A DNA stretch of 27,489 nt. Source: a virus (lineage: Duplodnaviria; Caudoviricetes). The stretch spans positions 1-27,489 of the IMG/VR virus record IMGVR_UViG_3300048834_000123. One strand, given 5' to 3'. The number at the start of each line of letters is the position of its first letter. Positions within the stretch are counted from its first letter, which is position 1. The notes under the pieces were generated by a model, which saw only the letters and a program-made list of their open reading frames with translations, was not told where the DNA came from and searched no databases. The position numbers were made by a program, and so were the translations under genes. This document shows, in pieces, positions 25,601 to 27,489 of the stretch.

Positions 25601-26316
25601 ACCTGGCCAAAGCGGTAGCCAACGGCGTGTTCCAGACCCTAGCCTTCAACCCGGTACCGCAGTTCTATCAGCCGATCCGTGAGCTGCAGGCCAACCGCAA
25701 CTTCTTCCGCGACATGCCGATCGAGGATATGAGCGACGAAGGCAAGCTGCCGGAGGCTCGCTTTAACGGGAACACAAGCGTCCTGGGCAAAGCAGTTGGC
25801 CAGCTGACCGGGCCAACTCTCGGGATTTCCCCCAAGCAGCTTGACCACCTGGTCCAGGGATATACCGGCACGCTGGGCGGCTACGTCCTGAGTATGTCGA
25901 ATCTGGTAGCCGGCGCGTTCGATGATGCCGAGCGGCCGTCAGTCAGGGCTGGTGACATACCAGTGGTCAAGGTTGTGTACCAGGGCGATGACGTTCGCAC
26001 GACCAAGTATCAATCGCAGTTCTACGACATGATGCGCGAGGCAGATCAACTGCATCGCACTGTGAAAGCCTATCGGGAAGAGGGAAGGGTGGATGCTGCC
26101 GGACGCCTGCTGGAAAGCAGCCGCGACAAGCTCAAGCACCGCGCAGCGCTGGGCATGGCTCGCCAGCAACTGGGCACAGTGCGCAAGCAGATGGATGCGG
26201 TATACCGAGATACCAGCATGAGCGGGGAGGCTAAGCGCGCCAAGCTGGATCAGCTGCAGGCGCGTTCAAACCAGATTGCGGAGCGGATCGTCCGCAGGGC
26301 GGGTGGAGACTTTTAA
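22546..26316 (+). CDS. Large polyvalent protein, C-terminal part: MuF-C/PBECR-like, ART-PolyVal-like, LPD38-like; probably the frameshifted continuation of 14562..22604
   Basis: In the +1 frame relative to the upstream ORF; ATGs at 22528 and 22546 have no good RBS. Motifs: HVLITAYDKD, FKRWFGDSKVVDADGKPLVVYHGT, and RIPKPFELG..ANRNFF..SPKQLDHLVQGY. Confidence 0.75.
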   Translation: MKRVRVLDRSDVLDMLGYGDYEVVLAEGHGVDDGRFNHPQFTAADWKKVPDWLENPVAVFKYDGKLTVIAPETKNGKPILIAVEPAAGASGGKFGQKLHVLITAYDKDKGRLPMERMVEQGDLLFVDHKKTPDFNLSTKHKLPRSWVETKGYKTKVYTGADLFKYRKAEGSNGTRYSVNSQTDTPAFKRWFGDSKVVDADGKPLVVYHGTNADIESFDAAFQGASGQGSGEPGFFFDSNSDNASRYVRGNRDGGNLIPVYLSLKNPLIVDRASTKYGYDGGYSRVAFANFIDDALEAGNDGVIFRDVLDRGTRSTQYVAFRPEQIKSAIGNNGDFDPSNPDIRYSLNDDAATADALRKLGLGGKDADGIIQQIRSMTLGGLKSKLSEWATRSEEGIFDGLAGIKRAEEAVGVTDADNQGYVSARMATGIADVMHGVLHYAAPEWRDGVIAGKADTRGVLEILSDLGQDNLTPWLAWLGGKRAQMLKAQGRENNLTDADIAELLAMGKGKEALFEKVYRDYAKTNEAVLDLAEQAGLIDPQARAKWATEYYVPFYRQTEDDGLFTGPRSKKGLSHQTAAIKALKGGALPTNDLLSNMLAGWTKRIDAAMKNKALLEVVGNLRDSEYLTDESPRYQQVLISRSQIAQQIRKDRKALAMAADMLGLPEGSKFLKVVNQLMKPENEGFEKLWTKVAPTDPDIIRVQRDGKSEYYRVNDDSLLRGLKFIEGSVFNDPITRIGRTFKRLLTTGVTASPDFILRNFIRDAAHAWMINKDGFVLGKDSIKGMRDALREDQDYRDLMFAGGSFQGGYVHGTDPDASAQIIRRALEKKGFTKQQREAYLGSLVNTPAKAAAMLGKGWQSYRTLGDKVENSNRLSTYKAALAAGKSKRQAAYEAKDLMDYALRGNFAAAQWFTDVVPFLNARLQGLYKLGRAMKGDNTLLAKEVAMKGAYIALFSLLLAGINDDDERYQELMDWDKDMHWHIFLGDQHFRIPKPFELGIIFGTVPERLLHALTGTQDGGDLAKAVANGVFQTLAFNPVPQFYQPIRELQANRNFFRDMPIEDMSDEGKLPEARFNGNTSVLGKAVGQLTGPTLGISPKQLDHLVQGYTGTLGGYVLSMSNLVAGAFDDAERPSVRAGDIPVVKVVYQGDDVRTTKYQSQFYDMMREADQLHRTVKAYREEGRVDAAGRLLESSRDKLKHRAALGMARQQLGTVRKQMDAVYRDTSMSGEAKRAKLDQLQARSNQIAERIVRRAGGDF
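22930..23000 (-). ncRNA. Candidate antisense hairpin RNA ending in U7 after the second PBECR-like domain
   Basis: On the - strand, CCCTTGGTTTCTACC pairs with GGTTGAAATCAGGGG and is followed by T7. A promoter-like TTGAAT-N17-TACCTT lies at 23036-23008. Confidence 0.55.
23527..23552 (+). repeat. 26-bp direct repeat, copy 2
   Basis: Identical to 21255-21280; this copy ends an intact ART-like domain. Confidence 0.9.
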
Positions 26317-26385
26317 GTAACCCAGCCAAGGAAGGCTATTACTCCGGTCGCAATCATGCACAGGAGATTGCGCGGCGCTTTGCCG

Positions 26386-26414
26386 TGGCGCGCCAGTTAT
26401 GAGCTGGCACGCCA
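26386..26414. terminator. Hairpin between convergent genes
   Basis: TGGCGCGCCAG..CTGGCACGCCA is an 11-bp inverted repeat with one mismatch (a wobble on the - strand). There is no clear U-tract. Confidence 0.4.
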
Positions 26415-26430
26415 TAGCGGCGGGGAAGGG

Positions 26431-27273
26431 TTAGCGGTAGGCGTTCACCCGAAGCCGGCGCTGCACACCCTCAAATTCAGAGGCGTGCTGGCGCAACAAG
26501 CCGGCAGCCATGGCGCCGCCGTCGGTGAAGTGGTCGACCATGTCAATGCCGATGCGCGAGCCGAGCCCGGTGAGGTGATCGTACAGCCGGCTTTCGCGGA
26601 AGATCCTGTGCAACTGCGCGAAGTGAAACGCAGTGACATAGACCTCGTACATCTGGCTGTCGGTGAGGGTGTGCAGACCCGGGATTATGGCTTGCTGCTG
26701 ACCTTCAACCAGTTCGCCTTCGAGCGGCGCCGTCATCAGGTAGTGGCACAGGGCAGGGTAGCGCTCTGCTGGCACATCCTTGTAGCTGCCGACCTGGAAC
26801 TGATCCTTGATCGAGCGGTAGACGTTGGCGAATGAGTTGCCCGGCGAGCGGGCCAGATCGGCGACACGGTTTTGAATGTGGCGCTGCTGGGCTGGTGACA
26901 GGGTAGCTTTCGGCGCGGTGTAAGTGCCGGTCTTGCGGATGGCTGGCAGGATTTCTTCCATGACCAACTGTTCGAACTTTTCCGCTTCCGGCTTGCGGCT
27001 TTTGATAATCAGTCGGTACAGGTTGCCTTCGTTGATGAAGGTCATACCGATCTGCTGAACAGAGTCAGCGCCAGAAGCTGTTTTGCCGGTGACCACCCCT
27101 ATGTCGCGTTTCGCTATACCGGCTCCCCGGCAGTGTTTGGCCACTGCATCTGGCGCATTGCGGTACCCAAGAACAGCGCACACGTCAGTGGCTGCAAACC
27201 ACGGCTCACCGTTGTCGTCGGCAAGGGTGCGTACTTCTTGGGCGTTGAATTGGAACTGGATGATGTTAGTCAT
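26431..27273 (-). CDS. BRO-N domain antirepressor-like protein with ORF6C / P22AR-like C-terminal domains
   Basis: ATG at 27273 follows GGGAGA; 280 aa. BRO-N motifs: F..QEVR....GEPWFAATDVC.VLG, INEGNLYRLIIKSRKPEAEKF, ILPAIRKTGTY. YRSIKDQFQVGSYKDVP is ORF6C-like. Confidence 0.88.
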   Translation of the reverse strand: MTNIIQFQFNAQEVRTLADDNGEPWFAATDVCAVLGYRNAPDAVAKHCRGAGIAKRDIGVVTGKTASGADSVQQIGMTFINEGNLYRLIIKSRKPEAEKFEQLVMEEILPAIRKTGTYTAPKATLSPAQQRHIQNRVADLARSPGNSFANVYRSIKDQFQVGSYKDVPAERYPALCHYLMTAPLEGELVEGQQQAIIPGLHTLTDSQMYEVYVTAFHFAQLHRIFRESRLYDHLTGLGSRIGIDMVDHFTDGGAMAAGLLRQHASEFEGVQRRLRVNAYR

Positions 27274-27327
27274 GGCTGAATCTCCCGTACTGAGTAGGAG
27301 TTCGCCACGACTGCGACCAAGCAGAAA

Positions 27328-27410
27328 GGGTGGCGAACTGTGCGCAGGTTGGTCGACCGGGGTACAGGAACCCGGCAGGGCCGAAGCCCTCCCACGCACA
27401 GCCCGCCATA
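27328..27410 (-). ncRNA. C4 antisense RNA
   Basis: TATGGCGGGCTGTGCGTGGG-AGGGCTTCGGCCCT-GCCGGGTTCCTGTACCCCGG-TCGACCAACCTGCGCACAGTTCGCCA fits the P1/P4-type C4/CI RNA fold. Its antisense segments CCTGTA and CGACCAA have complementary sites on both sides. Confidence 0.85.
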
Positions 27411-27420
27411 ACGCGAGCAC

Positions 27421-27476
27421 AAAAAAACCGCTTTCGCGGCGCTGTGCGCCTGTAACTTGCCGGGCGACCAAACCCG
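27421..27476 (-). promoter_or_regulatory. C4 upstream target sites (a1/b1) and attenuator terminator
   Basis: TTGGTCG (27471-27465) sits in a hairpin loop. It is followed by TACAGG (27454-27449) and the terminator CCGC-GAAA-GCGG-T7 (27439-27421). Confidence 0.8.
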
Positions 27477-27489
27477 TATCGCTGATTTG

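Noticed and set aside
26632-26640. Fourth AGTGACATA match (and AGTGACATG at 17871)
   Set aside because: Both lie inside coding sequence and lack CTTG 12 bp upstream, so they are probably chance matches.
27274-27471. 66-aa N-terminal extension of the BRO ORF
   Set aside because: It overlaps the C4 RNA and terminator. The ATG at 27273 has an RBS and begins the BRO-N domain. A leader-peptide role cannot be fully excluded.
1-27489. CRISPR array, tRNA, IS element, integrase, or diversity-generating retroelement
   Set aside because: No regularly spaced repeats, canonical tRNA, transposase, integrase, reverse transcriptase or TR/VR pair was seen by eye. The 26-bp repeat is exact and has no adenine-specific mismatches.

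Overview
This window is the late (virion) region of a temperate podovirus-like phage or prophage; a Pseudomonas-like host is inferred from the GC-rich codon usage and the C4 RNA. The + strand carries a scaffold fragment, an N4-gp56/DUF4043-like major capsid, a decoration protein, an adaptor, a nozzle, several tail or fibre genes, putative ejection proteins and a ~3,900-aa polyvalent protein split by a frame break at ~22550. The - strand carries a Cys-rich exported moron and a BRO-N antirepressor under a complete C4 antisense-RNA switch. Six observations stand out. (i) Each of the two predicted PBECR-type RNase domains in the polyvalent gene is followed by a structured antisense RNA candidate with its own promoter-like element. 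(ii) A 58-aa ORF with a strong RBS is overprinted just after the ParB-like domain. (iii) The moron C-terminus (GPWCDY) copies the polyvalent protein N-terminal motif (GPWDDY/EPWKDY). (iv) A CTTG-N12-AGTGACATA motif occurs three times, each upstream of a late unit. (v) The capsid leader holds tandem mini-pseudoknots. (vi) A 26-bp repeat looks like a domain-shuffling scar. All family assignments come from motif recognition by eye; no database searches were run.
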